Part shown: in pieces, positions 25,838 through 34,897 of the stretch | Layout of the letters: every line of letters starts with the position of its first letter | Numbering within the stretch: the first letter of the stretch is position 1 | NCBI GenBank assembly: GCA_041750975.1 | Contig: JBGSYN010000104.1 | Span: 970-64,969 of the forward strand | From: Geminicoccaceae bacterium | GTDB taxonomy: Bacteria; Pseudomonadota; Alphaproteobacteria; Geminicoccales; Geminicoccaceae | Length of the DNA stretch: 64,000 bases | Direction: 5' to 3' | Notes under the pieces: generated by a model | The model's input: only the letters and a program-made list of their open reading frames with translations | Told to the model about the DNA's origin: nothing | The model's database searches: none | Position numbers and translations under genes: made by a program

Positions 25838-27674
25838 GATGTTCCGTTCCGACACCTTGCAGTTCGTAGAGCGCCTTGTAGCGGCCGCCTTGCGCCAGGA
25901 GCTCTTCATGCGTGCCGCGCTCGACGATTTCGCCATGTTCCAGGAACAGGATCTCGTCGGCATGCATCAGTGAGCTCAGTCGATGCGAGATGATGATGGT
26001 GGCGCACGTCTTGGCGAAATCGATCAGCGAGGCACGGATCTGCTTTTCCGTGACCGCATCGATCGCGGAGGTCGCGTCGTCGAGCGCCAATATCGAAGGC
26101 AGCAGCAGGGTGCTGCGCGAGATCGACAGGCGTTGGCGCTGACCGCCCGAGAGCGAGATGCCGCGTTCGCCGACCAGCGATTCGTAGCCTTGCGGCAGCC
26201 GGCCGATGTAATCGTGCAGGCGCGCGCTTTCGGCGGCTTGCGAAATCCGGTCTCGGTCGGCCCAGGGATCGCCATAGGCCACGTTGTTCTCGATCGAGGC
26301 CGTGAAAAGAAAGGCATCCTGCTGGACCACGCTGACGACGCGCCTTAGCGACTCCAGCGTGCAGTCGCGGATATCGATGCCGTCGATGGTGATGCGACCC
26401 TCGCTGACATCGTAAAAGCGCGGCAGCAAGTGGGCGATGGTCGACTTGCCGCTGCCGGGCGGGCCGACGATCCCGAGCGTCTGGCCGGCAGCCACCTCGA
26501 AGCTGATGCCGCGCAACACCGCGATTTTCGTGGCCCTGGGATTATAGGCAAAATGTACGTTCTCGAACCGCAGGGTGCGGGGCTTGCCAGGCTCCAGCAC
26601 AACCGCGTCCGGCTTTTCGGGGATGATATCGGTCTCATCCAGGATCTCGAAAAGGCGCCTGCCGGACATCGAGGCCCGGGCAAAGGCGTTGACCACCATG
26701 CCAAGCTGGCGCACCGGCAGCTGGAGAATGGTCATGAAGGCGAGAAATTCGGCGAGCGTACCGACGCTGATCTCGCCGTTGGCGACCTTGAGGCCGCCGA
26801 CCCACAGCACCAGCGCCATTGCCAACAAATACTCGAAGGTCATCAGCGAGGTCAGGCGGAACCGGAGTTGCACCCTGGTCTTGGCGAGATCCAAGGCCTT
26901 TTCGGCGGATTTGTCGAAGGCCACCATCTCGTAGAGTTGGGCGCCGAAGGCGCGGACCACCCGGATACCGCCGAGGTTTTCCTCCATGATCCGGGTTAGC
27001 ACGCCCAGGCGTTCCTGCAACTCCAGCCAGACCTGACGCAGCTGCAGCCGTCCGACAGTGGCATTCCAGGCGACGAACGGCACGAAGCTGAGGCTCAAGA
27101 GGCCCAAAAGGATGTCGGTCCGCATCAAGAGATAACACCCGGCAAAGATCAGCGTCGCGAGGAACAGCATGCGGATCAACGCCTGATCGATAAACATCCG
27201 GACACCCTCGACGTCGAGCATGCCCCGGGTGATCAACTCGCCGGTATGGATCTTGTCGTGGTAGCTGAAGCTCAGCCGCTGCAACTGACGATAGAATTGG
27301 AGCCGCAGCGCATAGCCGATGCTCTGACCGATCGCCTCGCTCTGGTAGGTGAAGATCATCGTCAGGATGCCGCGCACCACGCCGGCCCCGAAGATCAGTA
27401 AGGCCGCATAGAGGAGGGCGGTATGGACCACCTCCGGGGATACTGCCGCACCGCTCAGGAGGCTGTAGGCATCGTCCACGGCGTTGCCGAGCAGGCGTGG
27501 AATGGCCAGTTGAAAAATTGCAGCGCCGAACGCGCAGACAAGGGCGATCGTCAGCCGACCGGGATGGGCCAGCGACATGCGGGCAATCCGCCGAAGGGTA
27601 TTGAACGTGTCGGCGGAGGGCTCGTCGGCATGAGTTTCGGCGGCATCGGGCGATATGGCTTGCGCCAGGGACAT
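25824..27674 (-). CDS. ABC exporter fused permease/ATPase, subunit 1 of a heterodimer (MdlA-like)
   Basis: Walker A GPPGSGKST, canonical signature LSGGQRQR, and Walker B ILALDDATSA, where Asp replaces the catalytic Glu. Confidence 0.85.
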   Translation of the reverse strand: MSLAQAISPDAAETHADEPSADTFNTLRRIARMSLAHPGRLTIALVCAFGAAIFQLAIPRLLGNAVDDAYSLLSGAAVSPEVVHTALLYAALLIFGAGVVRGILTMIFTYQSEAIGQSIGYALRLQFYRQLQRLSFSYHDKIHTGELITRGMLDVEGVRMFIDQALIRMLFLATLIFAGCYLLMRTDILLGLLSLSFVPFVAWNATVGRLQLRQVWLELQERLGVLTRIMEENLGGIRVVRAFGAQLYEMVAFDKSAEKALDLAKTRVQLRFRLTSLMTFEYLLAMALVLWVGGLKVANGEISVGTLAEFLAFMTILQLPVRQLGMVVNAFARASMSGRRLFEILDETDIIPEKPDAVVLEPGKPRTLRFENVHFAYNPRATKIAVLRGISFEVAAGQTLGIVGPPGSGKSTIAHLLPRFYDVSEGRITIDGIDIRDCTLESLRRVVSVVQQDAFLFTASIENNVAYGDPWADRDRISQAAESARLHDYIGRLPQGYESLVGERGISLSGGQRQRLSISRSTLLLPSILALDDATSAIDAVTEKQIRASLIDFAKTCATIIISHRLSSLMHADEILFLEHGEIVERGTHEELLAQGGRYKALYELQGVGTEHHGDN

Positions 27675-27989
27675 TTCGTACGACTCCAGAGCGGAACTTG
27701 CAGCGGCGCGACGGCATGTAACCCGTCCGTGCCCCTTGCCGGTTCCGGCAGATCTCGATCAGCGAGGACCCGCCCGTTAACACAAATCCGGCAGGCCTCA
27801 AAACCAGGGAATAGAGTGGTCGACGGTTCGCCGACGTAACACCGATCGGAGCGAGACAAACCCTGCGGCACCGGCGGGATACGGGCGAAACCCTCGTTTC
27901 GCCTCCACCCTACAACCTCTCGCGAGATTGGCAATATTTCGACGGCGCACGACCCGCTGCCATCCCAACGTCAATTATCTGCCTTAAAA

Positions 27990-28026
27990 CTGTCATAATC
28001 CGTCCTTAGCATACTGTCTGTCGAAT
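27990..28026 (+). promoter_or_regulatory. Candidate Pho box(es) upstream of pstS
   Basis: CTGTCAT at 27990-27996 matches the PhoB half-site consensus exactly. Degenerate repeats follow (CGTCCTT 11 nt later, then CTGTCTGTCGAAT) in an AT-rich stretch 60-100 nt upstream of the pstS ATG. Confidence 0.4.
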
Positions 28027-28088
28027 AATCTACGATTGAAATCCCCAGTGATCGCCAAGCCTGGATTTCCGAGGACGGAGAGGAACAG

Positions 28089-29159
28089 ATGAAAACTTCG
28101 AGACGAACTATGTTTGCGGCAACATTGTCGCTCGCCGCGTTGGGACTGAGCCTGCCGGCTCAGGCCGATGTTCGCCTTATCGGGTCGGGCGCGAGTTTTC
28201 CGTTTCCGATCTATACCACCTGGTTCAAGGATTTCAGCCAGCAGACCGACGGCGTCACAATCGACTACCAGTCGAAAGGTAGCGGCGCCGGCATTCAGGA
28301 TTTCATCAATCAGACAGTCGATTTCGCGGCTTCCGACGCCGGCATGACCGACCAAGAGATCGGCCAGGTCAAGGGCGGTGCCGTGCTGCTGCCAATGACC
28401 GCAGGCGAGATCGTTCTTGCCTACAACATTCCAGATGTGGGCGAGGGACTGAAATTGCCGCGGGATGTCTATCCCCAAATATTTATGGGCAACATCGATA
28501 ACTGGAACGATCCCCAAATCGCCGAGGCCAATCCCGATCTCGAGCTGCCCGATATGAACATCACGGTCGTGCGCCGTTCGGACAGTTCCGGCACGACCTT
28601 CAATTTCACCAACCACCTGAGCGCAATAAGCGAAGACTGGGCCAATGGGCCGGGTGTCGGCACCACGGTGCAGTGGGCGGATGCGAGCAACATCGTTGCC
28701 GGACCCAAAAATGATGGTGTGACCGCACTCATCAAGCAGACCCCGGGCTCGATCGGCTATATCGAATATGGCTATGCCAAGCTCACCGGCTCAATGACCG
28801 CGGAACTCGAAAATCAGTCCGGCAATTACGTGGCGGCAGGCGGCGAATCGGGTGCCGCTGCTCTGGCGAGTGCCGAGTTCCCCTCAACGACACTCCCCGA
28901 ATCGGGCGATGCGTCGGATCTTCGCGTCTTCATCCCGGATCCCTCGGGCGACGAGAGCTATCCCATCGTCACCTTCACCTGGATGATGTTCTACCGTCAG
29001 CAGGAACAAGAAAAGGCTGATGCGCTTAAGGCGATGGTGGAGTATGGTCTGACCGAAGGTCAAAGCGTCGCAGACCAGCTGGGTTATATTCCGTTGCCGG
29101 AAGCGGTCGTCGAAAAGGTCCGCGAGACGGCGAACCAGATCGGTATCGAAGGCGCATAA
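28089..29159 (+). CDS. pstS: Phosphate ABC transporter substrate-binding protein PstS
   Basis: Signal peptide, then GSGASFPFPIYTTWF...SKGSGAGIQDF...VVRRSDSSGTTFNFTNHL, the typical PstS phosphate-binding motifs. pstCAB follow. Confidence 0.9.
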   Translation: MKTSRRTMFAATLSLAALGLSLPAQADVRLIGSGASFPFPIYTTWFKDFSQQTDGVTIDYQSKGSGAGIQDFINQTVDFAASDAGMTDQEIGQVKGGAVLLPMTAGEIVLAYNIPDVGEGLKLPRDVYPQIFMGNIDNWNDPQIAEANPDLELPDMNITVVRRSDSSGTTFNFTNHLSAISEDWANGPGVGTTVQWADASNIVAGPKNDGVTALIKQTPGSIGYIEYGYAKLTGSMTAELENQSGNYVAAGGESGAAALASAEFPSTTLPESGDASDLRVFIPDPSGDESYPIVTFTWMMFYRQQEQEKADALKAMVEYGLTEGQSVADQLGYIPLPEAVVEKVRETANQIGIEGA

Positions 29160-29197
29160 TCATACCGCGAGGTATACACCCCGTTACCGGGATGTGC

Positions 29198-29227
29198 AGG
29201 ATCACGTGAACCAATCCACGTGATCCT
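29198..29227 (+). promoter_or_regulatory. Intercistronic stem-loop between pstS and pstC
   Basis: Perfect 11-bp inverted repeat AGGATCACGTG-(8 nt)-CACGTGATCCT, additionally flanked by CCGGG/CCCGG. No T-run follows, so it is more likely an mRNA-stabilising or processing structure than a full terminator. Confidence 0.5.
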
Positions 29228-29275
29228 CGCTCCCGGGCTTGGGTGGGTAAGGGCAAGAGTGAGAGCGGGCGCTTA

Positions 29276-30244
29276 ATGTCTCGGAATGCGGTGTTTCAAG
29301 CACTTGGCTCGGAAAGCGTTTCGAGGCCGCCTTCGAAATTCGACTACGCCGCCGATCGGACCTTCCGTTCCCTTGCCATCGGCTGCGCGGTGCTCATCAT
29401 CGCTCTCGTCGCCTATATCTTATGGGAGATCGGGGGCGCCGCCTGGCCGGCCATCTCGAGCTACGGCCTGGATTTTCTGGTCGGCACCGATTGGAATGTC
29501 AGCGAGCAGGAATTCGGGATTCTGCCGCAGATCTGGGGGACGCTGTACAGCTCCCTCCTGGCGCTGCTGATCGGCGGGTTCTTCGGCATCACTGTCGCGA
29601 TCGTGCTGACCCAGCATTTTCTGCCGCCCCGTATCGCCATCGTCTTTCGGACAATCGTTGAAATGCTCGCGGCAATCCCGAGCGTCGTCTATGGCCTTTG
29701 GGGCATCTATGTCGTCATTCCGGCAATCCGGCCGGTGGCGAACTGGCTCCACGAGGCTCTGGGCTTCATCCCATTCTTCTCGACCTCGCTCGCCGGACCC
29801 GGCCTGATGCCGGCGGTCATCGTGCTATCCATCATGATCCTGCCGACGGTGGCGGCGATTTCGCAGGACGCCTTGCAGTCGATCCCCTTCAAAACCCGCG
29901 AAGCCGCCTTCGGCATGGGCACGACGCGCTGGGAAGCGATCTTCCGCGTCATGATCCCGACAGCTTCGGGCGGTATTTTCGGCGCCTTGGTGCTGGGTTT
30001 CGGACGGGCGCTCGGTGAGACCATGGCGCTCGCCATGCTGATCGGCAACGCCAATCAGATCAGTCTGTCCTTGTTTGCGCCGGCCAACACGCTAGCGTCG
30101 TTGATGGCGTCCAACTGGCCCGAGGCCGGCGCCATCGAGCAGAATGCGTTGATGTATGCAGCACTGGCGCTGCTTGCCATCACCTTTGTCGTCAATGTCT
30201 TCGGCACCTGGATCATGTCCTACGCCACCCGTCACACACGCTAG
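29276..30244 (+). CDS. pstC: Phosphate ABC transporter permease PstC
   Basis: Polytopic protein with an EAA-like loop ([13 protein letters not shown]), positioned between pstS and pstA. ATG at 29276 preferred over the tracked GTG at 29243. Confidence 0.9.
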   Translation: MSRNAVFQALGSESVSRPPSKFDYAADRTFRSLAIGCAVLIIALVAYILWEIGGAAWPAISSYGLDFLVGTDWNVSEQEFGILPQIWGTLYSSLLALLIGGFFGITVAIVLTQHFLPPRIAIVFRTIVEMLAAIPSVVYGLWGIYVVIPAIRPVANWLHEALGFIPFFSTSLAGPGLMPAVIVLSIMILPTVAAISQDALQSIPFKTREAAFGMGTTRWEAIFRVMIPTASGGIFGALVLGFGRALGETMALAMLIGNANQISLSLFAPANTLASLMASNWPEAGAIEQNALMYAALALLAITFVVNVFGTWIMSYATRHTR

Positions 30245-30259
30245 GGCAGGGAGCACGCC

Positions 30260-31162
30260 ATGGCCGCCATAACGCCGCCGCGCGGCGCCTCGCTTGCCGG
30301 CATTCCGCAACTCAGGGCCTCGCGGTTCGAGGGCCGCAACCTCAAGAACCTCATCTATACGATCGTCGCCCTGATCGTCGCCGGTATCGCAGCAATACCG
30401 CTCATTTCCGTACTTTACATGCTCTTGAGCGAGGGTGGCGTAAGGCTGTTCGGCAACGTGGTCGCCATCTTCACCGAATTGCCGCCCGCCGGCTTCGAGA
30501 TGGGGGGCGGGTTCGGCAATGCCATTATCGGCACGTGCGTGATGGTCGGGATCGCCGCCCTGATCAGCGTGCCGGTCGGCATTCTCTGCGCCACCTATCT
30601 TGCCATTCTCGGGCCCGCCAATCGTCTGGCAACCGTGTCCCGGTTCCTGGCCAAGGTGTTGACCGGCTTCCCCTCGATCCTCGCCGGTGTCTTCGCCTAC
30701 GCGGTGGTCGTGCTATGGATGGGCACGTATTCGGCCATCGCTGGCGGTATCGCGCTTTCGGTGCTGATGCTGCCGACCGTGATCCTGACCGCCGAAGAAG
30801 CCATGAAGATGGTGCCGCAGCGGATGAAGGACGCGGCGTTCGGCATGGGCTGCACGCGCTCCCAAGTGATCTGGAGCGTCGTCCTACCGACGGGCCTTCC
30901 GGGCATTCTCACCGGCGTGATGCTGGCCGTGGCCGGTGCCGCAGGAGAATCAGCGCCGCTGCTGTTCACGGCATTGTTCAGCAATTACTGGATGAGCAGC
31001 CTGAGCGAGCCGACCGCGTCGCTATCGATCCTCATCTACAACTTCTCGGGCATGCCGTTCGAGAACCAGATCGAGCTCGCCTGGACCGCATCGCTGGTGC
31101 TCGTGCTAATTGTTCTGGTCTTCAACATCCTGAGCCGTATCTTCGGCAGACAAAAATACTAG
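30260..31162 (+). CDS. pstA: Phosphate ABC transporter permease PstA
   Basis: Polytopic protein with the loop [14 protein letters not shown]. Operon position supports the call. Confidence 0.9.
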   Translation: MAAITPPRGASLAGIPQLRASRFEGRNLKNLIYTIVALIVAGIAAIPLISVLYMLLSEGGVRLFGNVVAIFTELPPAGFEMGGGFGNAIIGTCVMVGIAALISVPVGILCATYLAILGPANRLATVSRFLAKVLTGFPSILAGVFAYAVVVLWMGTYSAIAGGIALSVLMLPTVILTAEEAMKMVPQRMKDAAFGMGCTRSQVIWSVVLPTGLPGILTGVMLAVAGAAGESAPLLFTALFSNYWMSSLSEPTASLSILIYNFSGMPFENQIELAWTASLVLVLIVLVFNILSRIFGRQKY

Positions 31163-31197
31163 TAACACAATCAAACCGCCCCAACGGGAAAGCACCA

Positions 31198-32034
<837 letters not shown>

Positions 32035-32090
32035 CGCCATGAACCGCGGCGTGCCTGACCGCGGCTGAAGACCAAGAAAAGGATCGGGAG

Positions 32091-33116
32091 ATGCGCTTTT
32101 CTCCTCTAATTATGCTGGTCGCTTTGTGCATGCTCTCGGAGCGTGCTGCAGGGCAGTCAGGATCGGTCTATTTGTTCGGCGCCGGCGCCACATTTCCGGC
32201 GCCGCTCTACCAGAAATGGATCGAAGAATTCGAAGCTGCCAATGCCGGCGTCGACATCGAATATGATGTTGTCGGCAGTGGTGCTGGCATTGATCGCTTC
32301 GTTACAGGGTCGGTCGATTTCGGAGCAAGCGACCGGGCCTTGTCCGATCAGGATATTGCGAAAGTCGAGCGTGGGGTTCAACTGATTCCGGCGACGGCAG
32401 GCTTGGTAGTCCTCGCCTACAATTTGCCGGAAGTTAGCGACACGATCAGGCTGCCGCGCGACGTGTTGGTCGATGTCTTCAATGGGATCGTTACGGAATG
32501 GGACGATACGCGGATTGCGGAGGCCAATCCCGATATCGAATTGCCGGGCCTGACAATCGCACTCGTCGCCCGCAGGGACGGCAGCGGCACAACCTTTGCC
32601 TTCACTAACCATCTGAGTTCGATCAGCCCGGATTGGGCCGAAGGGCCGGGCGCAGGCACGCTGGTGGGCTGGCCCGGACGCGTCGCCACGGCGTCAGGTA
32701 ACGAGGGCGTAGCGCAGAAGATCAAGATCGGTCATGGTACGCTCGGTTACGTCGAATACGGTTTTGCCCGGCGCCTGGGCTTGCCGATGGCAATCCTGGA
32801 GAACAAGTCCGGTAGGTTCGTTGCTCCGGATGCTGTTAGCGGACAAGCGGCGCTCGCCGGAACGGCTGGCGAGATGCCAGAGAATTTAAGGCTGTTCATG
32901 CCCGATCCCGAAGGCGATGACGCCTATCCCATCGCCACCTATTCATGGCTGATGCTGTATGGAAATTACGAGAACCAGGCCAAACGCTCGGCGCTCGCCA
33001 ACTTCGTCTCTTATGGCCTCACCGACGGCCAGAAATTCAGCGACGAACTCGGTTACATCCCGCTGCCGAATGAAGTCGTGACGCTCGCCATGAGCGGCCT
33101 CCAGAACGTCCAGTAG
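32091..33116 (+). CDS. Second PstS-family phosphate-binding protein
   Basis: Paralogue of the first pstS (GAGATFPAPLYQKWI...GSGAGIDRF...VARRDGSGTTFAFTNHL) with its own signal peptide and GGGAG Shine-Dalgarno sequence. It starts 56 nt after pstB. Confidence 0.85.
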   Translation: MRFSPLIMLVALCMLSERAAGQSGSVYLFGAGATFPAPLYQKWIEEFEAANAGVDIEYDVVGSGAGIDRFVTGSVDFGASDRALSDQDIAKVERGVQLIPATAGLVVLAYNLPEVSDTIRLPRDVLVDVFNGIVTEWDDTRIAEANPDIELPGLTIALVARRDGSGTTFAFTNHLSSISPDWAEGPGAGTLVGWPGRVATASGNEGVAQKIKIGHGTLGYVEYGFARRLGLPMAILENKSGRFVAPDAVSGQAALAGTAGEMPENLRLFMPDPEGDDAYPIATYSWLMLYGNYENQAKRSALANFVSYGLTDGQKFSDELGYIPLPNEVVTLAMSGLQNVQ

Positions 33117-33167
33117 ACGCGTCATCGCCACCCATAATCCGCTGCCCCGCGCCATCCGATCGAGCCC

Positions 33168-33824
33168 TTGAAGCATCGAGGGCTCAATCTCGAGGCGATT
33201 CATGAGAGCCTGCTCGCCGTCCAGCGGGACTTTCCGAAAATCAACCAATCACTGAATAGTGCGCGGGATACGATGGATAACGCCATCGTCGCCAATATGA
33301 TGAGCGGCTACCGCTATCTCGACGAAATTATCCGGGACGAGCGGGATCTCCTGGCGATGGGGCATAGCGAGCGGGTTCTCGAGTTCAACCATCGCGTACT
33401 TTGTGGCGAGGAGGCCGCGACCCGCCTCGAGTTCCGTCACCACATCGAACGGACCACGCACCACTTCTATGAAGGCCATGGCGGCGTCGGCACGCTGATC
33501 GACTATGTCGACATTCACCGGAGCGACGATGTCTGGCGGCTCGCGGCGGGCATCTACATTAGCATCCTGAGCGAGCCGCAGCTCTTCATCGAGGGCAATC
33601 ATCGCGCCGGCTCCCTGATCATGAGCTATCACCTGGTGCGCAACGGCAAGCCGCCCTTCGTGCTTTCGGTGAGCAACGCCAAGCCCTATTTCGATCCTTC
33701 CACCCTGATCAAGGCAAGCAAGAAGAACAGCGTCAGGACGTTGATCGAAATGCCGAAGATCCGCCGCCGATTCGCGGCGTTCCTGAAGGAACAAGGCGAG
33801 CGATGCTATTTGTTGCGCGCCTAA
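33168..33824 (+). CDS. Fic-fold-like protein with a degenerate active-site motif
   Basis: RLAAGIYISILSEPQLFIEGNHRAGSLIMSYHLVRNGKPPFVL aligns by eye with the Fic core (HPFxDGNGRxxR, followed by a helix and G-x-P-P). The catalytic His, the second Gly and the last Arg are all replaced. The start is uncertain: TTG 33168 or a later ATG. Confidence 0.5.
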   Translation: MKHRGLNLEAIHESLLAVQRDFPKINQSLNSARDTMDNAIVANMMSGYRYLDEIIRDERDLLAMGHSERVLEFNHRVLCGEEAATRLEFRHHIERTTHHFYEGHGGVGTLIDYVDIHRSDDVWRLAAGIYISILSEPQLFIEGNHRAGSLIMSYHLVRNGKPPFVLSVSNAKPYFDPSTLIKASKKNSVRTLIEMPKIRRRFAAFLKEQGERCYLLRA

Positions 33825-33851
33825 CGCATTGAAATTTCAAGGTTCCGGGCA

Positions 33852-34127
33852 TCATTCATCGAGATCGAAATGGTCGCGGGCCAGATCGAGCCATTGCTGG
33901 TTGGTCGGCCCGATGCTTTCGGGATAGAGGTAGATTCCGAGAAAACGCAAATCCTCATGGGCCGGCAAGGGCTGGGCATAGCAGTCGGCGTCGGCCAGCG
34001 TCGAATAGCAGAAATGCGGCACGGTGCCTTCGGTCAGCTTCTCGTAACGCGAGCTGCAGCCGCCTGTAAGTGCGAGGAGCACTGCCGCACCCGCTGCCAC
34101 CCGCAATCGGGCTGTACAAGAACGCAT
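33852..34127 (-). CDS. Small hypothetical lipoprotein
   Basis: Signal peptide with a lipobox (LLALTGGC) when started at M19 of the tracked ORF. It is divergent from the FecR-domain gene. I recognise no family. Confidence 0.5.
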   Translation of the reverse strand: MRSCTARLRVAAGAAVLLALTGGCSSRYEKLTEGTVPHFCYSTLADADCYAQPLPAHEDLRFLGIYLYPESIGPTNQQWLDLARDHFDLDE

Positions 34128-34199
34128 GTGTGAATCCACACTGTTTGTCTGAGAGTCTGAGCGTAGTGCATCGCGCCGCATCTTAAGGATTTGGTAATC

Positions 34200-34886
34200 A
34201 TGAAACGTACCGACCGGCGCCGTTTCGTTAAGAGTCTGCTCTTCATTGCGGCTCTAACATTCATCGCGCCGAAACCTGCGTCGACCCAGGAACCGTCGAG
34301 CAGGCGATCCCCGTTGGGTGAAGTAACGGCCCTGTTGGGTGAAGTAACGGCGCGGCGCGGCGTTGCCGTGGCCGTGCGCGCGGGCGAGCCGGTCCCACTT
34401 GCGATCGGCTCTTCGATCATGGTCACCGACCGGGTCCGCACGGCTGCCGGTGCCAAGCTCGAGATCGCCCTGGTCAGCGGCGGTACCATGGTGATCGGCC
34501 CCGACAGCAACGTCTCGATGGAGCGCTTCGATGCCGGCCCATTGCCGGCGCCGGTTCAAGGCGTGGTCGATCTTTTGAGCGGCATCGTCCGCCTGGTCCT
34601 TAACGAGCTGCCGGCCGGCAGTTCGGTCGATGTCCGGACCACCGCTGCGGTCGCCATGGTCCGTGGCACCAAGTTCGTCGTCCAGATCGACCATGAACTG
34701 CCGGTACCGACAGCGAGCGTCTTTGTCGCCTCGGGCACGGTGCAGGTCGAAGGGCGCATCGGTGAGGCGGTTCGACTTCAGGCGGGCGAAGGGGTCGACG
34801 TGGCGGAAGGCGAGGCGGCAGGTCCGGTCAATCAATGGGGTGCCCAGCGGGTCGCACGCGTCCTCGAGCTTGTCACCATTCGCTAA
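34200..34886 (+). CDS. FecR-domain protein with a Tat-type signal peptide
   Basis: The N-terminus (TDRRRFVKSLLFIAALTF) fits the Tat consensus. The FecR-like beta-rich core is TDRVRTAAGAKLEIALVSGGTMVIGPDSNV...VRGTKFVV. Confidence 0.75.
   Translation: MKRTDRRRFVKSLLFIAALTFIAPKPASTQEPSSRRSPLGEVTALLGEVTARRGVAVAVRAGEPVPLAIGSSIMVTDRVRTAAGAKLEIALVSGGTMVIGPDSNVSMERFDAGPLPAPVQGVVDLLSGIVRLVLNELPAGSSVDVRTTAAVAMVRGTKFVVQIDHELPVPTASVFVASGTVQVEGRIGEAVRLQAGEGVDVAEGEAAGPVNQWGAQRVARVLELVTIR
34313..34354 (+). repeat. In-frame 21-bp tandem duplication inside the FecR-domain gene
   Basis: GTTGGGTGAAGTAACGGCcct is followed immediately by GTTGGGTGAAGTAACGGCgcg (18-bp identical core). It encodes LGEVTAL-LGEVTAR. 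Confidence 0.9.
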
Positions 34887-34897
34887 TACCCGTCGCC

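Noticed and set aside
33829-33840. Perfect 12-bp palindrome TTGAAATTTCAA between the convergent Fic-like and lipoprotein genes.
   Set aside because: It is an isolated, AT-only sequence with no flanking stem extension or T-run. I cannot distinguish a protein-binding site from chance in a 27-bp convergent gap.
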